64,000 bases of DNA from the human T2T-CHM13v2.0 reference genome, Homo sapiens: assembly GCF_009914755.1 (NCBI RefSeq), contig NC_060928.1; one strand, 5' to 3'. This document shows positions 1 through 11,589 of the stretch, piece after piece; the first letter of the stretch is position 1; each line of letters starts with the position of its first letter. Under the pieces are notes generated by a model, which had not been told where the DNA came from, searched no databases, and saw only the letters and a list, made by a program, of their open reading frames with translations. The translations under genes were made by a program, and so were the position numbers.

Positions 1-779
1 TATATATATGTTAGGTATGGTACAAAAACATTTTTACTTTTCATTACATTATGTACCTATGCTTTTTAATCATTTTTCAATGGACTCAATTTTTGCTTTT
101 GAATAATTGAATGATACATATTTAATGTACACCTTTATTTCAAAATTCAATTTTATTGTGAAAAATCATCCACTACAATAAACATTTTTCCATCATTAAT
201 GTTCTCTCCAGAAATTAAAAAAAAAGTATTGCTTGCCTAAAAAAGAGCAGTGTTTCTTTGCTGACAGTGTATTTCAAATTATATATGTTTTGTTTTTAAT
301 TTTCCATTTAAAATAAATTGATAACATGTTCAAAGTACAGGCATTACTATGAAAAATTTAAACACATTTTTATGGTGATGTTTTCAAAATTCAATTACAT
401 AGTCAATGAAAGACTTTTCATAATTAAATAAGCTTAAATCACTTGAAGCAAAAAAACAATAATTTGTCAAATGCATGTATTTTCCTGTTTCGTGCAAACA
501 CATTTTAATAGTTCCAGTACTTCGTATATAAATGTATTGATACAGGAACTTGAAACGTTTCTTTGCTAATATGAAGAAAATATTTACACAAGAGAATAAT
601 TTTTTGTCTGTCATTAAATTTAGCAACTGAAATCATTTATTAAAAACTTTCTATTTCAGGAAGCCCACAGTATTTCACAAGGCATCCAATATTCTTCACC
701 TCTGCTTTTGAAACTGTGAAGTGTATTGATCCAATCCAATAAGTTCAATGAGAATGTCAGGACTTGTAATACAATTTCT

Positions 780-1530
780 ATACCAGTTTAGAGTTTGGCC
801 AGAACAATAGAAACACTTCAGGAATCACAAGAAGGAAGGAACTTTATTTTAAGTATTGGAGGTTTACAAATCCATTGGGGGAACTAGGGAAGCAGGAGAC
901 AGAGAGGTGGTTATGAGTGTTCAATAAATCAATAAGTAGGAATCACAAAAACCAGTGATGATAACAACGACTGTCTGCAGCACCTCAATGGTTGTTTCTC
1001 AGAAGGAAAGTAAAAAGATCCTAGGACAATGTGACATTAACCACGTGTCAAAACCAGGTCTGCTTCCCACCAGGACTGATATAAATAAAAATGGCCCCAT
1101 TGTTGTCTTCCTCCATTCCCATCTCACAAAATGTGTTCCATTAGTGGAAGTGAATCTGAGAACCTGAAACATTTAATTCCCAGGCTTAGCCTCTGTTAAC
1201 ACAGGGAAGACACACAGGGTGAAATGAGGCCTAGTTGCTAAGACAGAGGCTAGCGCTGTCCAAACTTTTGGCTACTCTGCATCTGTATAGCCCTTCTACA
1301 TTTATAAACTTTTCAGAAATAGTAGTCAAATAGATGCTTCTACCTAACATAACAGGAATATCTCCTGTAAAAATACTGCAGTACTCACCCTTTTCATCTA
1401 CAAATAAAAATCAAAAATGTCTTTAATTTTTTTTTTATTTCTAAAAGATAGTCTTGCTTTCCAGTTTGGTACTGATACACCTGTGATATCCTATGCAATA
1501 AAGAATAAATTATGGGATTAACCACCCAAA
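780..1530. mobile_element. Probable old MLT1-type (ERVL-MaLR) LTR/internal remnant
   Basis: Start 'taccagtttagagtttggccagaacaatagaaacac...' resembles MLT1 LTR ends; highly diverged, boundaries approximate. Confidence 0.35.
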
Positions 1531-1663
1531 CCTTACCTCATAAAATATAATAGTACAGAAAAATGAAGAAGAAAAGTAGAATTTGGTTAATTATAACAAA
1601 TTGAGAAAAATATGCACAGCTGCTATGGTCTTCATTTCTTCCACTTTTCATAAGACCATTTAT

Positions 1664-2405
1664 AAATTCTTATACTACATTTCTCATCCCATTGTGCCTG
1701 CAATCAGCTCTTTAAGAAGTTATAATTTTTCCTTACTTCTTCTATGTTTTACTTATTTCTTTTCCTGTTTTATATTTCAAATGTGGTTAATGGAACATTT
1801 TTCTTTTAGGCAATCTTAATATCTATCATAACCCTTCTTTTCTTTTCTTTTCTTTCTTTCCTTCTTTCGTTCCTTCCTTCTTTCTTTCCTTCTTTTTCTT
1901 TCTTTTTTCTTTTTCTCTTTCTTTCTTTCTTTTTTCTTTCTCTCATTCTTTCTTTCCTTCTCTCTTTCTTTCTTATTTTAGGTATTTCAAATCTTTCTTT
2001 CTTATTTTAGGTTTTGCAAAGATAATGTGCACACAAACTTTTAACGTCTTTCTTTTCTTTCTTTTCTCTCTCTCTTTCTCTCTTTCTTTCTTTCTTTCTT
2101 TCTTTTTCCTTCCTTCCTTCCTTCTTCTTTCCATCCACTTATTTTTTCTTTTTTTCTTTCTTCCTTTTTCCGTCTTGTAGCTCTCTCTCATTCAGGAACA
2201 TATGAACACTTTTATATAGAACTTCTTTTCAAAAACTTGTATTCAGTTTTTCTTAAGTATTTTAATGTTTCGTTATATTAACTTTATTTTAGAGTTTTCT
2301 TTTTAAATTAAAATTTAAAATAATTATGGATTCACTAACAGTTCTAGAAGATGGTGCTGTGATTACTGGCTAGCCATAAGCAGAAGAATAAAAGTGGACC
2401 CCTAA
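1664..2405 (+). repeat. Local duplication copy A (paralog of 3829-4889)
   Basis: Colinear shared blocks, e.g. cattgtgcctg, gaagttataattttt, gcaatcttaatatctatcata, tattttaggttttgcaaaga, ttcaaaaacttgtattcagtttttctta, gttatattaactttattt, atggtgctg. Confidence 0.92.
1835..2190 (+). repeat. (TTTC/TTCC/CT)n polypyrimidine microsatellite, two blocks
   Basis: Nearly pure C/T tracts at about 1835-1975 and 2047-2190. Confidence 0.95.
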
Positions 2406-2781
2406 TGTATTAGTTCGTTCTCGCACTGCTATGAAGAAATACCCAAGACTGCGTAATTTATAAAGGAAAGAATTTGAATTGAATCACATTTCAGCAGGGC
2501 TGGGGAGGCCACAGGAAAATTACAATCATAGCAGATGGGGAAGCAAGCATATCCTTCTTCACATGACAGCAGCATGAAGAAGTGCATGACAACCAGGGGG
2601 AAAAGCCCCTTAGAAAACCATCAGATCTCATGAGAACTCACTCACTATTACAAGAACCACATGAAGGGAACTGCCCCCATTATTCAATGACCTCCCACTG
2701 AGTACCTCCCACAACATGTGGGGATTATGGGAACTAAAATTCAAGATGAGATTTGGGTGGAAACACAGCCAAATCATATCA
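2406..2781 (-). mobile_element. THE1 (THE1D-like) MaLR 3' LTR
   Basis: Reverse complement begins TGATATGATTTGGCTGTGTTTCCACCCAAATCTCATCTTGAATT and ends ...GAACTAATACA, the canonical THE1 termini. Confidence 0.93.
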
Positions 2782-3828
2782 TTCCACCCCTGGCTCCTCC
2801 CAAATCTCATGTCCTCACATTTAAAAACAAAATTATGCCTTCCCAACAGTCCCCCAAAGGCTTATCTCATTCCAGCCTTAACACAAAAGTCCAAGTCCAA
2901 AGTCTCACCTGAGACAAGGCAAGTTTCTTCTGCCTATGACCTTCTAAAATCAAAGGTAAATTAGTTTCTTCTAGATGCAATGGGGATATAGGTATTGGGT
3001 AAATACACCCATTCCCATTCCAAATGGCAGAAATTGGCCAAAACAAATGACTACAGGCCTCATACATGTCTGAAATTTAAAAGGGCCGTAATTAAACCTT
3101 AAAGTTCCAAAATGATCCCCTTTGACTCTGGGTCTCACATCTGGGTCACACTGATGCAAGAGGTGGGCCCCGCTGCCTTGGGCAGCTCTGCCCCTGTGGT
3201 TTTGCAGGGTACAGCCCCCCTCCGACTGCACTCATGGGCTGATGTTGAGTGTCGGCAGCTTTTCCAGGTGCATGTTGCAAGCTGTCATTGGATCTACCAT
3301 TCTGGGGTCTGGAGGACAATGACCTTCTTCTTTCTCACAGCTCCACTATGCAGTGCCTCGGTGGGGACTCTTCGTAGGGGCTCCAACCCCACATATCCCT
3401 TTTTCGCTGCTCTAGCAGAGGTTCTACAGGAGGGTTCTGCCCCTGAAGCAAACTTCTGTCTGCATATCCAGGCATTTCCATACATTCTCCGAAATCTAGA
3501 TGGAGGTTCCCAAACCTCAATTCTTGACTTCTGCACACCTGCAGGCTCAATACCACATGGAAGCTGCCAAGGCTAGTTCTTGCACCCTTTGAAACAATGA
3601 CCTGAGCTATACCTTGGCCCTTGTAGACATGGCTAGAGTGACTGGAATGCAGGGCACCAAGTCCCTAGGCTGCATACAGCAGGGGTCCCCTGGGTCTGTC
3701 CCATGAAACCATTTTTTTCCTCAGAGGCCTCTGGGCCTGTGATGGGAGCGGCTGCTGCAAAGGTCTCTGGAGACATTTTTCCCATTGTCTTGGTGATTAA
3801 CAATCAGCTCTTTGTACTTATGCAAATT
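2782..3828 (-). mobile_element. THE1-internal region, 5'-truncated (no second LTR)
   Basis: Purine tract next to the LTR and typical THE1-int text (aaatctagatggaggttcccaaacctcaattcttgacttctgc); stops abruptly at ...cttatgcaaatt where duplication copy B begins. Confidence 0.9.
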
Positions 3829-4224
3829 AAATTCATACAGTAGATTTTTCATGTCATTGTGCCTGTAATTAGCACTTTGAGAAGTTATAATTTTTCTTTA
3901 CTTTCCTAAGTTTTACTCATTTTTTTATTTCATATTTCAAATGGGGTTAATAGAATATTTTTCTTTTAAGCAATCTTAATATCTATCATAATCCTTTCTC
4001 TCCTTCTCTTTCTTTTTTTTTATTTTAGGTATTGCAAACCTGCCTTTCATATTTTAGGTTTTGCAAAGAAAATGTACAAACACATTTTTAATGTGTTTTT
4101 CTTTCTTTATCTCTCCTTTCCTTATTTCCTTCCTTTATTCCTCCTTTCCTCCTTTTCTTCCTCCCATTTTTTCATCTTTTTTTCCCTCCTCCATCTCTCT
4201 CTCATTCCAGGACATATAAACACT

Positions 4225-4494
4225 ATTTTTTTTTTTTGAGATGGAGTCTCGCTCTGTCTCAATCTTCACTCACTGCAACCTCTGCCTCCCTGCTTCAAGC
4301 AATTCTCCTGCCTCAGCCTCCCAAGAGGCTGGGAATACAGGTGCTCACCACCAGGCCCAGGTAATTTTTGTATTTTAGCAGAGATGGGGTTTCACCATGT
4401 TGGCCAGGATGGTCTCATTCTCTTGACCTCATGATCTGCCCGCCTTGGCCTCCCAAAGTGCTGGGATTACAGGCATGAGTCACCACTCCCAGCC
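4225..4494 (-). mobile_element. Alu (AluSc-like) with ~21-22 bp internal deletion
   Basis: Poly-T followed by gagatggagtctcgctctg...; ccaggatggtctc..tcttgacctc diagnostics; TSD catataaacact at 4213-4224 and 4495-4506. Confidence 0.95.
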
Positions 4495-4611
4495 CATATA
4501 AACACTTTTGTGTGGTGTTTTTTCAAAAACTTGTATTCAGTTTTTCTTAGGTATTTTAATCCTTGTTATATTAACTTTATTTGAGAGTTTTCGTTTTTCT
4601 TTATTTTTTCT

Positions 4612-4775
4612 CAGGGGAAAGCGCGAATGCAGTCCCCCACTACCACAAATTATGCAGTTGAGTTTCCCACATTTGGGGAAATCGCAGGGGTCAGCACATC
4701 TGGAGTGCAATGGATAAGCCTCGTCCTGGGAAAACCACCTTTGTGATCATGGTATCTCCCCTGCCAGGTAAGTAT
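4612..4775 (-). pseudogene. RNU1: Full-length U1 snRNA processed pseudogene (RNU1-nP type; locus number not determinable)
   Basis: Reverse complement reads ATACTTACCTGGCAGGGGAGATACCATGATCAC...AATTTGTGG...GCGCTTTCCCCTG, 164 nt. By eye 5 substitutions vs U1, 4 of them CpG transitions. Decayed A-tail at about 4599-4611, TSD gagttttc(g/t)ttttt at 4585-4598 and 4776-4789, TT/AAAA L1-endonuclease site. The upstream flank is L1 sequence, not a U1 promoter. Confidence 0.97.
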
Positions 4776-4832
4776 GAGTTTTCTTTTTTAATCAAGAGTT
4801 AAGATAATTGTAGATTCATACACAGATCCAAA

Positions 4833-6059
4833 AAATGGTGCTGAGATAATCAGCTAGTCATATGCAGAAAAATAAAACTGGACCTCTAAATTTTTCCATA
4901 TAGAAAAGTTAACTGAATATAGACTAAAGATTTTAATGTAAGCCCTAAAACTATGAAAATACTTGAGAAACACCTAGGAAATATGATTCTGGACATGAAT
5001 TTGGCAAAATTTTATGAATAAGTCCCCTAAAACAATTGCAACAAAAACAAAAACTGGTGTGATCTAATTAAAGAGCTTCTGTACAGCAAACGAAACTGCC
5101 AACAGAGTAGACAGAAAACCTAGAGAGTGGGAGAAAATATTCACAATCTCTGCATGCAACAAAGATCTAATATCCAGAATCTATAAGGAACTTAATTCAA
5201 TAAACAAAATTAAAGTAAAATAAAATCATCCCATTACAAAATGGTAAAAGGACATGAACAGACACTTCTCAAAAGAAGACATACATGCAGAAAACAAATA
5301 TATGAAAAATGCTCAACATCAAAAATCTTTAGAGAAATACAAATCAAAGCCACTATGAGACACTACCTCATACCAGTCAGAAGGATTATTATTAAAAAAT
5401 CAAAAAACAACAGATATTTGGGAGATTGCAGAGAAAAGGGAGCACTTATACACTTTTCGTGAGATGGCAAATTAGTTCAGCCACTATGAAAAGCAGTTCA
5501 GAGATTTCTCAAAGAACTTAGAACTACCATTTGACCCAACACCCCCACTACTGGGTGTCTACCTGAAAGAAAATAAATTGTTCTTCCAAAAAGACACATG
5601 CACTGGTATGTTTATCGCAGCACTATTCACAAAAGCAAAGACATGGAATCAATCTAGTTGCCCATCAACAGTGAGCTGGATATAGAAAATGTGGTACATA
5701 TGCATCATTAAATGCTAGGCAGCCATAAAAAAGAACAAAATCATGTTGTTTTCAGCAACATGAATGCACTTGGAGGCTATTATCCTAACAAATGACAGGA
5801 CCAGAAAATTGAAAGCACATGTTCTCACTTATAGGTGGGAGCTAAACATTGAGTACACATGAACACAAGGATGGGAAAGTCGACAGTAGGGACTACTGGA
5901 GGGGAGAGGGTAGGAGGAGGGGTGAGAAGTGAAAAGCTACCTATCATGTACTGTGCTCACTACCTGGGTGACTGGATCATTTGTATTCCAGACACAATAT
6001 ACTCTTGTAACAAACCTGCACATATACTTCATGAATCTAAAATAAAAGTTAGAAAAAAA
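4833..6059 (+). mobile_element. L1PA15/16-like 3' fragment (end of ORF2 + 3'UTR)
   Basis: atggtgctgagataatcagctag...; gacacatgcactggtatgtttatcgcagcactattcac; 3' end tgctcactacctgggtgac...gaatctaaaataaaagttagaaaaaaa. Confidence 0.9.
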
Positions 6060-6775
6060 CATACAGAGAAATTCTATGTACACTTTACCCAGTTTCTCCC
6101 AATGGAACAAATTTGCAAACGACAGTACAATACCAAACCAGACAATTGATATTGATAATATTCAACAATGTATTAAGATTTTCTAGTTTACTTATTTGTG
6201 TTTGTTTATTTATGTGCATATTTCGCTCAATGTAATTTTATCTCATGTGTAGATGCATGTACTTAAGACCAAAATCAAAATGCTGAACAGTCCTTCCACC
6301 ATAAAAATCCCTTGTGTTGCTCATTTATTAACACATCTGCCTGTCTCTCACCATACCCATTCTATCCCCATCTGTTAATAGCGGCCATTAGTCTGTTCTC
6401 CATTTCTAAAATTTACCATTTCAAAAATATTGCATAAAAAGAATGATAAAGTTTGTAACCTTTGATGCTTAGCTTTTGCCCCTTAGCAATGTATTTATTG
6501 AAGTTGTTTCATGTATCAATAGTTTATTTCTGTTTATTGCTAAGTAGGAAACCATGGTGTGGATGTACCACCCTTTCGCCATCCATGTGTTGAAGGATAG
6601 ATACCTGGACTGGAAAACCAATTTGGGATTATTATATAGGAGCCTGCTATAGCATTCATGTGCAGTTTTCAGCATAAACATATGTTTTATTTCTCTGGAA
6701 TAAATGACCAAGGGTGTAATTACTGGTTTGTATCGTAGTTGAATGTTTAGTTTTATGAATAGTTGTACCATTTTA
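6060..6775 (-). mobile_element. L1MC-type 3'UTR; its terminal piece lies at ~4783-4830, split by the L1PA insertion
   Basis: gataattgtagattcatacacag|...|atacagagaaattctatgtacactttacccagtttctcccaatgg matches an L1MC 3' terminus in antisense. Confidence 0.8.
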
Positions 6776-9320
6776 GTTTGTATTTTCTTAATTAAAATTT
6801 TTTGAGAAATTGTAGACTCAAATTCTACCTACAAATATTAAATATTTTCTTTAACAATTATATTATATAATTTATATTTTCTCTGTATGTTAAAGTCACA
6901 TAAATATGTTTTCATCTAATATTTTTATTATTTTTAAAGTTTTTTGTATTGTTGCTTTTTTGTCTATTATCTGCATTATATTTGTGTACCTGTCTAAGTG
7001 TGTCTTATTCTGTTTTGCTTTGTTTATTCATATTCCTCAGTAGTAATTTTGAAATAATATATTTTTGGTTCTACTTATGCCAAATTGTTAAACTTTCAAT
7101 GGTATGTATAAATCCTCATCAATATCACAACATACATATTTGAAATTTGTTCTTCTTCCCTACTCGCAGTAATATTCAAGGATTTATGTTTATTATGTAG
7201 TTGTATTAATATAGGGGTGCCAGTTATATTTTAGTCAAAATTATCAGTTATGTAAACTAACTTTTACACTGAGTTTACTCCAGTGCCTATTAAAAAAATG
7301 TTTTTTTTTCCTAATACAATCACTCTTCTTGAATTATTCAGGTAAATTTTGCTTACTCGTGTTAAATTGCTGAATATTTTTTCTAAGATTTTCATAAATT
7401 TTATAGTTACTGAGCCCATAGATATATGAGAATATATTTTGGCTTCTATATTTGAAATATAACTTATTGGATCTACTTTCTTCAAAGTTTTGTTGTGGTT
7501 ATCCTATTGTATTATTGTGGACTAACACGTAGTTATGAAATAGCCTAAATACAATCTAGACCATTTTAGCTTAAGAATAACTCAATATTTTCACCTGATC
7601 CTGAATACATAAACAATAATTTCTTTATCCTTGAGTATAAATGGCATTCAGAATATTTCTAAGTTTTCTGATTCCACAATAATATTATCCGTAAATGTTG
7701 GTATTTTGATATTTCATAATTTGCCTTCGTATAAGAATTAACTTTTATTGGCTCTTCACTTTTTTGTTATAGTTGTTGTTTTTTATTTTTTAAGATCAAC
7801 TTATTTTACTTATAAATATAGGAATTCAGTTATCTATAAAAGGAAACTCTGTTATCCATACTTGATTTCTGTCCTTTTCACTTTGTTTTCAACTTTTTAT
7901 AATTTTCTGTGAATTCTGACTGAAATTCTAAAACTTATTTTCTGAATATTAATCCTGAAATTTATGTGATATTGGTTCTACTCTGTATTCCTATTCAATT
8001 TTGTAATGCATTGATATCACTTATATGATAATCTCTATTTGTGTTTCACTATAATATTTTCTGGTCCCCACATGAATAGTTTGAGTTGTGACTTCTTAAT
8101 AGAATACATCCTGACATGCTAATCCAACTGGTATCAGTGAGGTTATTCTAACTTCAACTGTTTCTTTGAAGGTAGGGGACTTAAAGTGAATGCCTCTCAG
8201 TTTTGTATGAGCTTTCCTGTTTGTAGAGAGTTCTAGATTTCTAGCACAAGGTTGGGTTTTTAACAAAAGGTTAGCCATACTATGTTTCCTCCTTCATTAT
8301 TATTGTTGTTGTTGCTCTTGTTGATTTTATTAAGATTTTAAAGTGTGAGACTTTTCAAGACTGCATTTATCCGATTATGTAGACATATTGTCTGTTAAGG
8401 CATATAGTTATGGGATTTATTATATATTATTCATATATGTAATACACATTATAATTTCTATGCAAACATGTTTCCAATATGCAGAAAATGCATAATAAAG
8501 GTTAAAATGCTCATATGTGTTTAAGTACGTGTATTCATTACCTCTGCATACAATTTATAACTTCATAAATTTGCATGCAGAGATAAACTGACTGACTGAA
8601 ATACTGACAGACTACAGTAAGACCCTTTCGACAGGGTCAGTTGATCTGTTTCTAAATATGTAAGCAAATGGTATAGGGTTCCGTTCTTCAAATCTTGAAT
8701 CTAGAAAACTAAAGGATATGAAGATAATGGGAGGTAATGCAGAAGAGGAAATAAACAGACCCTGTCGATTTTTAGTAACTCTTTGTAAACATTGAAACAA
8801 GTGGGATTTTGACTTTTTACAAAGAATAGGTAGAAAGAAAAACATAAGTCCACAGTTGTGTATTTTTTTAAAGCCTGGAGAGATTTTTGTATTTGTATTT
8901 TATTATCTACTTGTGTTATTGAGGAGAATGTTCCTTTAGTCTTTAAATGGAATGTTAAATGCAGTTTTCCTCAAGAGAGCTATATCTCATGTTCTTTAGG
9001 AGTATCCTGAATAACTTATTTCATAAGGAAAAATAATTTTTCGATGTTGCTTTTATTTCTTCACAAATATGTACTTCAAATTCCAGTTTAGAATCTTTTC
9101 CAAACAATTCAAGCTAGCCATAGTCAATATATGTAAATATATTTGACAATGTCATCAGAAGAAAAACAACAAAATAGCTTTTACAATTCAGTGTTCCAAA
9201 AGCTTTCCTTTTTTGGCAGTGAAGTGTTTTAAGTATTCCAATAATTTTATTTTTATAGCAGTATTTTTAGACTTATAAAATCTTTATTCTTTATTTAAGC
9301 TTTTTTAATTTTCCCCATCA

Positions 9321-10160
9321 GGGAAGAGCAAGATGATAGAGTAGAACAATCCAGTGACCATTTCTCCAGAGAACTATCAATTTGAATAACTAGTCACTCA
9401 CCAAAATACCTTCACAAAACCTATGGAAACCAGGTGAGAGATCACAGTACCTGGGTGTAGCACAACAATAAGAAAAGACACATTGCATAGGGTAGGAAGG
9501 ACACTTTCAAATTTTCTATGTCACCACTCCCCTAATGTCAGCGAGCATAGCAGAGAGAGAGATACCATCTACTTGGGGGAAGGAGAGGGAAGTGAGCACA
9601 AACAAGACTATGTTGTGAACCCCAACACTGGCCCACCACAGTCAAATCCAGCACCAGGACAACACCCAATGGCCCCACTACTGAGTACATATCCAAAGAA
9701 AATAAAATGAGTATATGAAAGAGATATCTGCACTCCCGTGTTTATTGCAGTGCTATTCCCAATAACAAAGATTTGGAAGCAACCTAAGTGTCCACCAATA
9801 GATGAATGGAGAAAGAAACTGTGGCACCTATATGAACTTCATAACATTACGATATACACAGTAAATACATATAATTTTATCAGTCAATAAAAACATTAAT
9901 TAATAATGAATTTTAAAAACAGATTATTTACATAGTCCAGGGCCGCTGAAGTCAGCCCCATGGTGGCCTGGGCCTGAGATCCAGTCTGTCACAAAAGCCT
10001 AAAGCTTGGAGCTGTGTGATCCCATTGGTGCCAGAGAAGGTCTAGAGGCTCAGTGTGAGAGAACAGGCCTGGAGTATATGCACAATGGAATACTATTCAG
10101 GCATAAAACGAAAGAAATTCTGTCATTTGTGACAACACAGATGAATCCAGAGGGCATGAG
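9321..10160 (+). mobile_element. Rearranged L1MA-type element: 5'UTR piece fused to ORF2-end and 3'-end pieces
   Basis: caagatg..ccaggtgagagatcacagtacctgg (5'UTR-like) joined at ~9674 to ccactactgagtacatatccaaag...gagatatctgcactcccgtgtttattgcag; displaced piece cacaatggaatactattcagg at 10075-10160. Confidence 0.7.
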
Positions 10161-10979
10161 GTCAGTATTTAGTAAACCTAGCTAATTTTGCTAGCTTGCA
10201 GTGAAGATCACTAAGGGAAAGTAATAATCAAAGTGTTTATATGAAAATAAAATAGAGTTTCAAATGTGAGGTAAAAATGATAATTAATAAATCATATCTT
10301 GGCACTTAGTAAGAAATGAAAATAATAGTGCATTCATCTGCAAATCTTACTTTTCCATAAGATAGCTTAGTTTTATACTAACATGTATAGCTTTTATGGT
10401 AAAAAACTCATAAAGAGTACTTTAGCTCATAATGCGGTTAATGAAAAAGATCGCTCAATATAAAATGAAACGATTATGTGTTGACTAATACGTAAAGACT
10501 GGGTATTGAGTATTATTTAATTATTAAATTATATTTTCAACACTTCTATTAAGTACTAGTGTCTGCTGTCAGTATTACAAATAAAACTTGTAATTTTGTA
10601 TTCTAGGATTATGGCCAGATAGATATTCAGAGAGCTGTAGAGAAAAGAACAGCATCAAATTTCAGCAACATCAACAAAGCTTGAGTTTATTTGAGGGCAC
10701 AAGTAAACCACAGCAAATGCCAAACTCTATCTGGTGGCTCAGAGGTTTATGTTTGTTCGGTTCTGTTTTTTTCATCATGTTTTATTCTGATATAATTTCA
10801 AAGTTACAGAAAAATTGCAAGACCATGGTTAGGTATCATAAATGCTTTGGCTCCATGGTGAACAAAACAAGAGATTAAATCAAGCACAAGATAAAGTGCT
10901 GCAATCAAAAGATATGGGGAACCCAAAATGTATGAGGCTGCTGCCAGCCATACCCTTGCATAGTAAACATTTTTTTGTA

Positions 10980-11283
10980 TTAGTGGAAGGTGTACACTCT
11001 AAAATAACAATACAAATTATTTCATAGTAAATAATAAATCAGTAACATAATTGTTAATTCTCATTATCATGTATGATACACTGTACACTTTTATATGACT
11101 CACAGCACCATAGATTGTTTACTCCAGCATCACCACAAACATGTGAGTAGTGATGGGACAATGTTGTGACAGCTATAACATCACTAGGTAACAGGAATTT
11201 TTCAGCTCCATTCTCTTTCATGAGACCTGCCTCATATATGCGGTTAGTCATTGACTGGAACATCATCATGTCCTGCATGACTG
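10980..11283 (-). mobile_element. Tigger3 (Golem/MER7-family) DNA transposon terminal fragment
   Basis: Reverse complement starts CAGTCATGCAGGACATGATGATGTTCCAGTCAATGAC..GGAGCTGAAAAATTCCT; flanked by TA at 11284-11285. Confidence 0.85.
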
Positions 11284-11589
11284 TATTACAAAAAGTTTTC
11301 TTATGCCCTTTATCCAGATTCAAAGATTGTTTACATTTTAACTCAGTTGATTTATCCTTCTATCTTATGTATTTATCAATCTTTACATTTATCTGAACTA
11401 GTACAAAAATTATTACTTATGAACATTGAGTAAGGTGTAAGTAACATGACTGTTTAATGTGAAATACTTCAATGTATATTTTCAAAGATATTCTTAAATA
11501 TAATCACAGAACAATTGAAATAAGCAAATTAATATTTATACAACCCTATTTTCTAATCTACAGTTTATTAAATGAGGTGAAATTTAGGA

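Larger units (their letters stand above)
3829..4889 (+). repeat. Local duplication copy B, interrupted by AluSc and U1 retrocopy
   Basis: Aligns with 1664-2405 once 4225-4494 and about 4599-4775 plus their TSDs are removed. Confidence 0.92.

Noticed and set aside
1-700. Possible ancient DNA-transposon remnant or ORF 384-626
   Set aside because: AT-rich with no motif or terminal repeat that I can identify.
1973-2191. Lys/Arg/Glu-rich ORF
   Set aside because: Translation of the (GAAA)n strand of a microsatellite.
3112-3576. 154-aa ORF, the longest in the window
   Set aside because: Lies inside THE1-int on the antisense strand; no recognisable domain.
4612-4775. Functional or variant U1 snRNA gene
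   Set aside because: A-tail, TSD, L1 endonuclease site, CpG decay, L1-derived upstream flank and an empty paralogous site all indicate a retrocopy.
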